48,156 nt of DNA from a virus (Duplodnaviria > Caudoviricetes), in IMG/VR virus record IMGVR_UViG_3300042196_000043, positions 1-48,156 of that record; one strand, 5' to 3'. Made by a program: the position numbers and the translations under genes. How positions within the stretch are numbered: position 1 is the stretch's first letter; every line of letters begins with the position of its first letter. The notes under the pieces are model-generated. The model was not told where the DNA came from. It did no database searches and saw only the letters and a list, made by a program, of their open reading frames with translations. Of this stretch, positions 16,364 through 23,873 are shown piece after piece.

Positions 16364-16526
16364 TCGTGTGGTGCTTATAGCGTGGTAGGACAGTACGACT
16401 TCTAAGGGGCGTCCGCCCGGGCCGAGGGCTCCAAATGATCGTGATACGGCCGATCACGCCTTAGAAATCGGGGGCTGAGAGTGTCCGCCAGCCAGATTCG
16501 GCAAAAGCCTGGATTGGTCCACACGG
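16364..16526 (+). ncRNA. Candidate multi-helix structured RNA (about 160 nt)
   Basis: TTGCCA-N17-TAAAAT promoter (16329-16357); nested stems closed by CGTGTGG/CCACACG. Confidence 0.6.
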
Positions 16527-16531
16527 TTCCG

Positions 16532-17119
16532 TTACTGCTGCATCATGTAGAAGAGGGCATTATTGATCCCCGAATTGACGCTGCTGGCCGCGTTCTCGTA
16601 AGCCGAGCCCCGCGCCTGCCCGGCAGCCATCTGGGCCTGTCCGATATTCCCCGCCGCACCCATGCCAGCCGCGCCAGTCTGCTGCGTGGCCGTCTGCCCA
16701 AGGCCCGCAAGGGAGGAGAGGCGGTTGGCGTAGTTGTTGAACTCGCTGCTCGCATAGTCCTGGCCGTACCGCTGCAGGGCCTTCAACTGAGGGCCGGAGC
16801 GCCTAAGGCCCCGAGCTGATGCCGAGCGGTCAACGGCCTTCTGCCCCTCGCCCATGCGGAAGTCATAGCCGGGCGACTTCTCGAAACCGGAATAGTCCCC
16901 GCCAATAAACATCTTCTCCAGCTCGGAAAGCGCCTTGCCGCCAGTCGCGCGATAGGGTGCCTGGTCCGCGCGCAACTGATTGAACATCTGCGCTTGCGTC
17001 TTGGCCGCTTTGCCGGCGGCCTTGGACTGCGCAGAGGCGGACAGCGCTCCGCCAGCGATAGAGCCAACGGCGCCGACGCCAGCCCCGATGATAGGCGCAA
17101 GACTGCTAAACCAACCCAT
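16532..17119 (-). CDS. DNA transfer/pilot protein (P22 gp7-like)
   Basis: Gly/Ala-rich N-terminus; SPGYDFR..EG..A..RSASARG...SG..LKAL.RYGQ motif. Confidence 0.75.
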   Translation of the reverse strand: MGWFSSLAPIIGAGVGAVGSIAGGALSASAQSKAAGKAAKTQAQMFNQLRADQAPYRATGGKALSELEKMFIGGDYSGFEKSPGYDFRMGEGQKAVDRSASARGLRRSGPQLKALQRYGQDYASSEFNNYANRLSSLAGLGQTATQQTGAAGMGAAGNIGQAQMAAGQARGSAYENAASSVNSGINNALFYMMQQ

Positions 17120-17358
17120 TACAAGCCCCTCGCCGCTTCTAGAAGTTCGTCTATTTTGTCGCTGATCGCCTGCACCTGTGCTTGCGTAGGCGGGTTACTA
17201 ATCGTCTGTCCCAAGTCATCCACCTCGCCAATAGCCGCGATCCGATCCGCGAACTGCTGCAACAGAGCAAGATGTTCACGGCCAAGCCCAAGACTTGCAG
17301 GGATGTAGACTTTCTTAGAATCAGCCACTGCTACCCCTGCCCTCCACAAAGTCCGCAT
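17119..17358 (-). CDS. Hypothetical virion protein (start uncertain)
   Basis: Synteny; ISNPPTQAQVQAI motif. Confidence 0.55.
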   Translation of the reverse strand: MRTLWRAGVAVADSKKVYIPASLGLGREHLALLQQFADRIAAIGEVDDLGQTISNPPTQAQVQAISDKIDELLEAARGL

Positions 17359-18724
17359 ACCCGCCGAGCAGGCCGCGCTTTACCGGGTCGGAAATGCTCA
17401 ATTCCATGATGCGGCGCTCAAACATGCCAAGGCGGCGCCATTCGGCGGAGACCGTGTATTCACCCTTCTTACCCATGCCGGCGAAGAGCTGATTTGACCA
17501 TGTGCGCCCGCCATCGTCGGACCAGCGGAGCATGATCTGAGGATCGCTGCCCTGCCCATCCGTGAGACCAACGCCAGCTTCCATGTCCACCTGAAAGCGG
17601 CTCATCACGGTGCGGTTCGTCTCTCCCCAGATGGTGGGCGTGATGGCGGTGCTGATTAGGGCGTCGCCGTCTTCATCGAAGGTGTCAAGGTCCAGCTCGT
17701 AAAGCTTGCCGTTCACCGCGTCGCCGACGATGTTCTTGCCGTACACGAACGCATGGGTATGCACGCGCCAATCGTTGCGGTTCAGGCTCTTCCGGTGATG
17801 CCAATAGCCGGTTGCCACGTCGTAAACCACCGTGAACTCATCCGGCTTGGTCAGGACGTAGAACTGGTGCCCTTCCTGGCTGTACTCGAAAGCCCGGAGA
17901 TCCGAAACGCTGTCGAGCTTTGTCAGAAGGGCTTCAATGCCATGGTTGGAAATGCGCTTGGGCGTGTAGCCCTCTGCCCGGTAGACAATGCGGTTGTCGC
18001 CGAGCCAGTAAACCGTGTTGTCAACTTTTGCAACACTGCCCGCCGCCCCCAGGCCGCGCTCCAGGTAGGCGCCAGAGGCCCGCGCGAAGGGGAAATCCGC
18101 CTCGCCAGAGTTGTACCAAATCTCTACTGACTTCCGCCCGAAGACCCACAGCTCCCGGTGATCCGAGAAGATACGCACCGCATCGTCCGGATCGCCCTCC
18201 GCCGTGGCGAAGTCCAGCGCATCCCATGAGGTGCCGTCGTCGGAAGCAGAGATGTAAAAGCGCCCGGAGTCCGTCTCGGTATAGATGAAGAACCCGTCCT
18301 GATAGGTGACAGAGGACGCGCCGACGAAATCCGCGTCGCTGATTTGCGTTACCGTCGTCGTGGTGACAATGAAGCTGTCTGAGTCATCCCCGCCCGTGCG
18401 GACGAAGATCTGGTCGCCGTTGTGGGCCATATCAACCGGCCCGACACCGCCGATGTCTCCAATTAGATTAGTAAGCCCCGTGCTGCCCACCGAGAAAATG
18501 CGCCCACCCGAGACCACGAACAGCAGGTTGTCCATCTCGATCATGCCCCGGATGGGGCCAACGCCTACCGTGGCGAAGAGCTTCAGGCCGGGCGTGCCAA
18601 AGAGGGCTGCCTGGGTATGCGCGTCCTCAGGCGCTGCCTCGGCATAGAAATTAACCAATTTCTGCGCAGATAGCGGTAACGAGCGCGATTCGTAGCTCTG
18701 CACTGCGAATTTCACTCGCGGCAT
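17321..18724 (-). CDS. Packaged-DNA stabilisation/tail hub protein (P22 gp10-like)
   Basis: GTPGL, ATAEGDPD and ML.WSDDGG.TWS motifs; 467 aa. Confidence 0.85.
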   Translation of the reverse strand: MPRVKFAVQSYESRSLPLSAQKLVNFYAEAAPEDAHTQAALFGTPGLKLFATVGVGPIRGMIEMDNLLFVVSGGRIFSVGSTGLTNLIGDIGGVGPVDMAHNGDQIFVRTGGDDSDSFIVTTTTVTQISDADFVGASSVTYQDGFFIYTETDSGRFYISASDDGTSWDALDFATAEGDPDDAVRIFSDHRELWVFGRKSVEIWYNSGEADFPFARASGAYLERGLGAAGSVAKVDNTVYWLGDNRIVYRAEGYTPKRISNHGIEALLTKLDSVSDLRAFEYSQEGHQFYVLTKPDEFTVVYDVATGYWHHRKSLNRNDWRVHTHAFVYGKNIVGDAVNGKLYELDLDTFDEDGDALISTAITPTIWGETNRTVMSRFQVDMEAGVGLTDGQGSDPQIMLRWSDDGGRTWSNQLFAGMGKKGEYTVSAEWRRLGMFERRIMELSISDPVKRGLLGGYADFVEGRGSSG

Positions 18725-18811
18725 TCGTGGTACCTACAATTTGTGGTGCAGATTTGGATTGCCGCCGGGAGCCGGTGGCGCTACCTAGAAGAGAGACAAG
18801 AGGAGAGAGCC

Positions 18812-19108
18812 ATGAGGCACATGTTCCTATTGGCGAGCGTCGCCCTGTTGCTGGGCGGCTGTAGCGCGGCGGACTTGGAAAGCGCGTTCGGCCCAGACGA
18901 CTACACGGCTGAAGACGACCAGGAATGCCAGTCCATGGGGCTATCGTTTGGTTCGTCTTCCTACGCTGACTGCCGGATGCGCCTTGTCGAGCTGCGCGAG
19001 GCCAGGAAGCGGACCGCGATGCAGTACTACATTCAAAACCAGCCAATGCAGCCGACAACTACCAATTGCTACTCATACGGCTACAGCGTCACTTGCAAGA
19101 CGCGGTGA
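18812..19108 (+). CDS. Lipoprotein (antisense moron; superinfection-exclusion candidate)
   Basis: LLLGG-C lipobox; C...G...GS..YA.C motif; AGGAG RBS. Confidence 0.7.
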   Translation: MRHMFLLASVALLLGGCSAADLESAFGPDDYTAEDDQECQSMGLSFGSSSYADCRMRLVELREARKRTAMQYYIQNQPMQPTTTNCYSYGYSVTCKTR

Positions 19109-19113
19109 TCATC

Positions 19114-19368
19114 ATGTTCAAGGCCTTATTTCTGCCGGGCCTCGTTTTCCTAGGCTTCGGCGCCTGCGTCACCATGGCCCAGCAAGCGCCAGAGGCAGCC
19201 ACGACTTGCGACGATCCGACAGTCGAGTGTGTCGATATCTACACCAGCGTTTTTTCGCCAGATGCGGTCAAGAAGCGAGCCCTTGATAGGGTAGGGCCGC
19301 TGGACTTCTTCGTTGCCCCTGAGGACGTACCTTCGCCCTGCAAAGAGGAAGACGCGGCCTGCGATTAG
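19114..19368 (+). CDS. Exported or lipoprotein Cys-rich small protein (moron)
   Basis: Hydrophobic N-terminus ending FGAC; several Cys. Confidence 0.55.
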   Translation: MFKALFLPGLVFLGFGACVTMAQQAPEAATTCDDPTVECVDIYTSVFSPDAVKKRALDRVGPLDFFVAPEDVPSPCKEEDAACD

Positions 19369-20474
19369 CGCGCTGGGTAGTGCTGCTGACCCATCATCCG
19401 GGCTAGGCTGTTCATGCGTTCGAAGGTCTGCGGGCCGACCATATCCACCGCCTCCGGGCTCATCACGTACTCGCCGGCCAGGAGGTCGTGGTTGACTTCC
19501 TCGCCGGGCATACCGTAGACCGGGCCGCCCTGGTGACGCGGGCCGCCGGCCCTGTCGGCCCTATCCCCACCCAAATCACCGCCGCCACCATGGCCCTGAT
19601 CGCCGCCCCTATCGCCGCCTCGGTCGCGCGCACCCCTGCGGCCCGGAGACGTGTCTCGGTAGCTGCTGCGGCCAGTACCAGCCGCCCCGGCGGCGCCGTA
19701 TGCGCCGCCGGTACCACCTGCACCGCTCACGCTGCCGGAAAAATCCAACGGCCCAACCCTCGATTGGGCGCGCGCCGCTGCGAAGCTGCCAACACCACCA
19801 GGGGACATGGGGCCTTCAAGGCCGGCGTTGAAGGCGTCGAATTGGTCAAGATTTCCGCCGGCTGCGCGACGTTCGCGCACCTGTCGGTCAATCTCCGACA
19901 AATATCCGCGCAAGTCGCCCGTGCCGTAGTCATTCGTCCCAATTGCGGCGCCAATCTGGTCGAAAAATCCAAGCCCCTCCAGGCCAAGACGGTCCAGGGC
20001 GTCGTCAAACGTGCTGGCGTTGGATGCCCTCATTCCAGCCGCCCCAAGCTTGCCGACCATATCGAGCGGGAATGGGGCGAAGCGGCCCACCATTTCTGGC
20101 AACGTCGGGTCAACGTAGCCGGCAAGGCCGCCCCACTCGTTTTCCGAGCCGAGACCCTCGCCGCCCTGCCCGCCCTCACGCTCCAGCCAGCGCCGCGCCA
20201 TCTCGGCTTGCTGCGGGTCGTTCCAATCAATGCCGGACAGGTCTAGGCCACCGCCACCCCCACCAGAGCCGCCCCCATCGGCACCGGCATAGCGGAAAGC
20301 AGGCATGTTGATGGAGCCGCCGCCCTGCTGAGCGCCGTCGCTCTGTCCAGGGGTGCCACCAAGCACCGCCATGGTGTTGTTGCCGTCCTGAGTGGACTGG
20401 CCGCCGGGGCCGAACTCGATGATTCCCTGGTTTGGCTGGTAGATTTTCACCAGCATTTCGCGAAGTGTGGCCAT
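19365..20474 (-). CDS. Gly-rich virion-associated protein
   Basis: Low-complexity G/D/R segments; C-terminal GGPV...GEYVM...AV..VG....ERMN motif. Confidence 0.65.
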   Translation of the reverse strand: MATLREMLVKIYQPNQGIIEFGPGGQSTQDGNNTMAVLGGTPGQSDGAQQGGGSINMPAFRYAGADGGGSGGGGGGLDLSGIDWNDPQQAEMARRWLEREGGQGGEGLGSENEWGGLAGYVDPTLPEMVGRFAPFPLDMVGKLGAAGMRASNASTFDDALDRLGLEGLGFFDQIGAAIGTNDYGTGDLRGYLSEIDRQVRERRAAGGNLDQFDAFNAGLEGPMSPGGVGSFAAARAQSRVGPLDFSGSVSGAGGTGGAYGAAGAAGTGRSSYRDTSPGRRGARDRGGDRGGDQGHGGGGDLGGDRADRAGGPRHQGGPVYGMPGEEVNHDLLAGEYVMSPEAVDMVGPQTFERMNSLARMMGQQHYPAR

Positions 20475-21421
20475 CAGTAGGGCATCTCCGGCTCGAATTG
20501 AATGGGTTCCATCTCGCGATCCCAGTTCAGCAGGGCCTCGCGCGTGTTGGTCGCCTGCGCGATCACCTCCGGGAAGGGCCTGAGACCGAATTTGGGCGCG
20601 ATATCGACGGCCAAATTGTAAACGAGCGCCTTAATCCACTCGGTTGGGAAATCCGGGTCGTCCGCAAGGCCATCGAAGTCCTGCAGGGGCCGCGAATAGG
20701 TGAATCTCAGGTGATCATCCACCGTATCCGGCGCCGGCCAGACGTAAAGCTTGCCCGTGGTGGTTTGCGGGTCGTAATAGGCCTGCACGGGGATTCCCGT
20801 ATTGGCCTTGCTGGGCAGCATGAAGTAATCCCGGCGGCCCAGCATCAGCGTAACGGGCGTATCCAGATCGTCCGACGACCCCTTGGCGTGGCGCCTGCGC
20901 ATGTCCGTGATGCGGTTTGGGCGCTCGATGGTGTCGCTGTAGATCCAGACCCGGTTATCCTCACTGGCAGCGGCCGTAAGCCCCACGGTGAGCACTACTG
21001 TGGCACCCGAAGGAGAGCCGCTGACGGTCGTCCAGTGGATCGTGTCATCATCCTGCACGATCCCGATAGTTTCCGTGTCGGCGATGCCGGCGATGCTGTC
21101 CGCCGTGATGGATGTCGCACCAGAGGCAGCATCGGCCCCCAGCGCGGTTTCCGTCAGGCTGGACACCTTCGCCACATTGGCACCCGGCAGGTCGTATTCT
21201 GCCTGCCCATCCACCAGGAACAGCGCAGCCTCGGTGTGCAGCCAGAGGTGCAGCCCGTCCGTTTGCCAGGACTTCACCATCATGTTGAGCGAGCGCTTGC
21301 AGGACTGCAGTTCGTCTGCAGTAGCTACAATCCCAGGCCCGAGGACGCCCAACACCTCCAGAGCCTCGCTAATGATTTGGGTGCACGTGAGGCTGAAGTT
21401 TGTAGAACCGGAAGTCGCCAT
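20474..21421 (-). CDS. Head-tail adaptor / tail tubular A-like protein
   Basis: MATSG...I..AL..LG...LN.M...W, G.P.Q.YY, YVWPAPD and DFP.EW..AL.YNLA motifs. Confidence 0.75.
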   Translation of the reverse strand: MATSGSTNFSLTCTQIISEALEVLGVLGPGIVATADELQSCKRSLNMMVKSWQTDGLHLWLHTEAALFLVDGQAEYDLPGANVAKVSSLTETALGADAASGATSITADSIAGIADTETIGIVQDDDTIHWTTVSGSPSGATVVLTVGLTAAASEDNRVWIYSDTIERPNRITDMRRRHAKGSSDDLDTPVTLMLGRRDYFMLPSKANTGIPVQAYYDPQTTTGKLYVWPAPDTVDDHLRFTYSRPLQDFDGLADDPDFPTEWIKALVYNLAVDIAPKFGLRPFPEVIAQATNTREALLNWDREMEPIQFEPEMPY

Positions 21422-21666
21422 TAAAGCGAATCCGCCGTGACTTCATTGGTGGCGAGGAAGTAGTCAGCGGGGCGGGGCCTCGCATCAGGCACGCCCTGCC
21501 GGTCAATGCGGCCCTTCACGTGATCCTGCGGATGGCGCTGCTCAGCCGACTCCCGGCGCACGCGCAGGCCGGTCCATTCCTTCACCGTGTCCTCGGCGTA
21601 GACGACGAAGCCAGTTCGGTCACAGACAACCAAATGCGCCCCAGGACGGTAAGTCTTGCGGATCAT
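21421..21666 (-). CDS. Hypothetical structural-region protein
   Basis: CDRTGF...EWTGLRV...E.RHPQ...DARP pattern. Confidence 0.7.
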   Translation of the reverse strand: MIRKTYRPGAHLVVCDRTGFVVYAEDTVKEWTGLRVRRESAEQRHPQDHVKGRIDRQGVPDARPRPADYFLATNEVTADSL

Positions 21667-21667
21667 G

Positions 21668-21880
21668 TCAGATACTCATGTCAAGTAAGAGGATCATCCC
21701 GGACTGGGGAACCGCGTCTGCCGGCGCTGGGGTGCCACTGGCCGCGATGCCCGGATAGCCCCTGCCCGCCTCCTGGCGCCACTCGGCGTCCTGGCTGGCA
21801 TTGGGCGTAACGCCAGCCCCGCTCCATCTGCGGGCTATGTGGGCGATGCTGCGGCGTTTCTCTGCAGAGTCGATTGCCAT
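21668..21880 (-). CDS. Hypothetical protein
   Basis: MAIDSAEKRRS; operon packing. Confidence 0.6.
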   Translation of the reverse strand: MAIDSAEKRRSIAHIARRWSGAGVTPNASQDAEWRQEAGRGYPGIAASGTPAPADAVPQSGMILLLDMSI

Positions 21881-21882
21881 GG

Positions 21883-22953
21883 CTATATGACGTTACCCTC
21901 GGTCTCCGTATACGTCGTGCCGTCGTCGCTCAAATCCTTCTCCCACTCGGCTGCGCCGCCGTCATCGAAGAACGTCATCTTCGTCGCCGTGATGGTGAGC
22001 TGGTTGCGCAGCGCCATATGGAGCCTTCCGATCTTTGTTAGGGGGCTGTCGTTCGCCGCCGGCACCCCCGTTGGCTCGCTCTGGGCCGCATCCAACTTGT
22101 CCACCTCCGTCTGGACGTTTGCGACGTCAGTCGCAAGATCCGTGTCAGTCGGTGTGCCTAGAACGCCAGGGATGGTAGTCCCGGTATCGACCAGGATGGC
22201 CGCGATTTCTGTGGCGATCTCGCCAAAGGTGCCGGCACCTACATGCGCGCTCTGGAGTTCATTCCACACTGTATCGGCGATCTCTTCGCTAGCACTGTCG
22301 TCCAACGATACATCTGTAATCGCCGCATCATCTACTGATGCCACCCTGGCGCCCGTACCGGAAACGCCCGCAACAAACGCGGAGCCGAAAGTACCCGCTG
22401 ACGTATGGCCACTCTGCGCCTCATCCCAAACCGCATCCGCCGCCTCTGCATGTACATCCGCAGCCACCTTGGCGGCCGTGATTGCGTCACTCGCGATAGC
22501 CGTTGCCGTTATGGCGTTAGCTGCAATAGCCCCTACGCTTGCATCTACACGCCCGCTTACCAGGGAGTTAACCGCCGTGTTATTCCATGCGGTAATGTTC
22601 GCACCGCCGTTCGCGGTAATGATGGTCTGGCCCGCAGTAATCTTCGGCCGGTAAAGCTCAATCGTCCGCGTGACCGGCGCCATGCTGGCTTGCGTGATGT
22701 GGAAGGCCATCTCCTCGCTGTCGTTGCCAGTTCCAATGGTCATGTCCTCATCCAACAGCAGGGTGTACACGCCCGGCATATTGGTATCGTCCACCTCCGC
22801 GACGGTGGGCGTGGTGAAGGCTGCCGCTGCGGCGCCATTCCTCGCCCGGTAGGCCGTGAACGTGGTAAGGCCGGTCTCGCGCGTCGTCAGATCGGTGCTG
22901 TCTACGGCAACAAAGTAAATCACCTGATCCGTTGTACCGCTCGGGATTCTCAT
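21883..22953 (-). CDS. Fibre-like virion protein with IADAVW-type repeats
   Basis: Duplicated ADAVWDE..S.H..AGTFG / ADTVWNE..S.H..AGTFG and AITA repeats. Confidence 0.65.
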   Translation of the reverse strand: MRIPSGTTDQVIYFVAVDSTDLTTRETGLTTFTAYRARNGAAAAAFTTPTVAEVDDTNMPGVYTLLLDEDMTIGTGNDSEEMAFHITQASMAPVTRTIELYRPKITAGQTIITANGGANITAWNNTAVNSLVSGRVDASVGAIAANAITATAIASDAITAAKVAADVHAEAADAVWDEAQSGHTSAGTFGSAFVAGVSGTGARVASVDDAAITDVSLDDSASEEIADTVWNELQSAHVGAGTFGEIATEIAAILVDTGTTIPGVLGTPTDTDLATDVANVQTEVDKLDAAQSEPTGVPAANDSPLTKIGRLHMALRNQLTITATKMTFFDDGGAAEWEKDLSDDGTTYTETEGNVI

Positions 22954-23687
22954 GATGCCCAGCCTTGTTCAATTGGATGCAGGCCAGCCACTCCCGCGAC
23001 ACTGCCAGTCTCTACGGAGTGCAGGCGGCTCTCGCTGGTAACGGCAGCCCCGCCCGCTTCCTCGGTCAGCGCGAAGCCGAGCATGTTGTAGTCGAACGTG
23101 TTGGCCCCGGCGGCGATGCCGAAGGTCACGTCTGCGGAGTCAACGGTGTTGTAGGTGTAGAGCGAGCAGCACTCGGTGCCGAGGTCCACCTCGCCCCGGT
23201 CTGTCCAACCCGTCAGCGGCGCGAAGCCGCCAACCGCATTGGCACCGTTCCACACCAGCACGCCGCAGAAGCAGACGTTGCCGCCAAGCGACAACGTGCC
23301 GGTTATGTCCCCCGTGCCATCTTCGCCCGCCAAAACCGTGGTGTCCTGCACCACCACGTCCGCATCCGCCGTGACGGTAAGCGCAAAGCCGGCCTTGTTG
23401 CTGCCGCCGGTCTCATTGACCGCGACCGTCTGCTCTCCGGTTGGAACGCTGGCCCCGAGAAAGTCCAAGTGGACCGTTCCGCCCTCGCCAAGAGCAAATT
23501 CAGACGGCGAGCCGGTTACTGCCGTGGGCGTGGCCGCGCCGTAGGCGGTATCGTCCACCTGTTCTGCGGAGGCGTGCTGGGCCACACCAACCAGCGCGCC
23601 ACGCGGTGTCCCGACCGGCGTGTGCTGGAAAGTGAAATCGACTGTCTGTAGCCCGGAGCTGGTGGCTGCGTCAAATGCTACGGCCAT
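22950..23687 (-). CDS. Beta-rich accessory virion protein
   Basis: MAVAFDA start; G/T/V-rich; synteny. Confidence 0.6.
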   Translation of the reverse strand: MAVAFDAATSSGLQTVDFTFQHTPVGTPRGALVGVAQHASAEQVDDTAYGAATPTAVTGSPSEFALGEGGTVHLDFLGASVPTGEQTVAVNETGGSNKAGFALTVTADADVVVQDTTVLAGEDGTGDITGTLSLGGNVCFCGVLVWNGANAVGGFAPLTGWTDRGEVDLGTECCSLYTYNTVDSADVTFGIAAGANTFDYNMLGFALTEEAGGAAVTSESRLHSVETGSVAGVAGLHPIEQGWAS

Positions 23688-23762
23688 TAACTATTCCCGG
23701 CTGTGTTTTGGCCTTCCATGACTCCCTGGCAGTTGCTAGGCTCTACCCAGGGAGGAGTGCGA

Positions 23763-23873
23763 ATGATCGACATTCTTGTATTGGCCGCCATTGCCGTTGC
23801 GGTCGTCTGGCTCTGGTGGGTGCGTCCGTCCAAGACTGCCCCACGGAACGACAAGGAACCGCCCCTACTGTAG
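23763..23873 (+). CDS. 36-aa single-TM peptide (antisense moron, not in the ORF track)
   Basis: MIDILVLAAIAVAVVWLWWVRPSKTAPRNDKEPPLL; GGAGGAG RBS; fills an intergenic gap. Confidence 0.6.
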   Translation: MIDILVLAAIAVAVVWLWWVRPSKTAPRNDKEPPLL

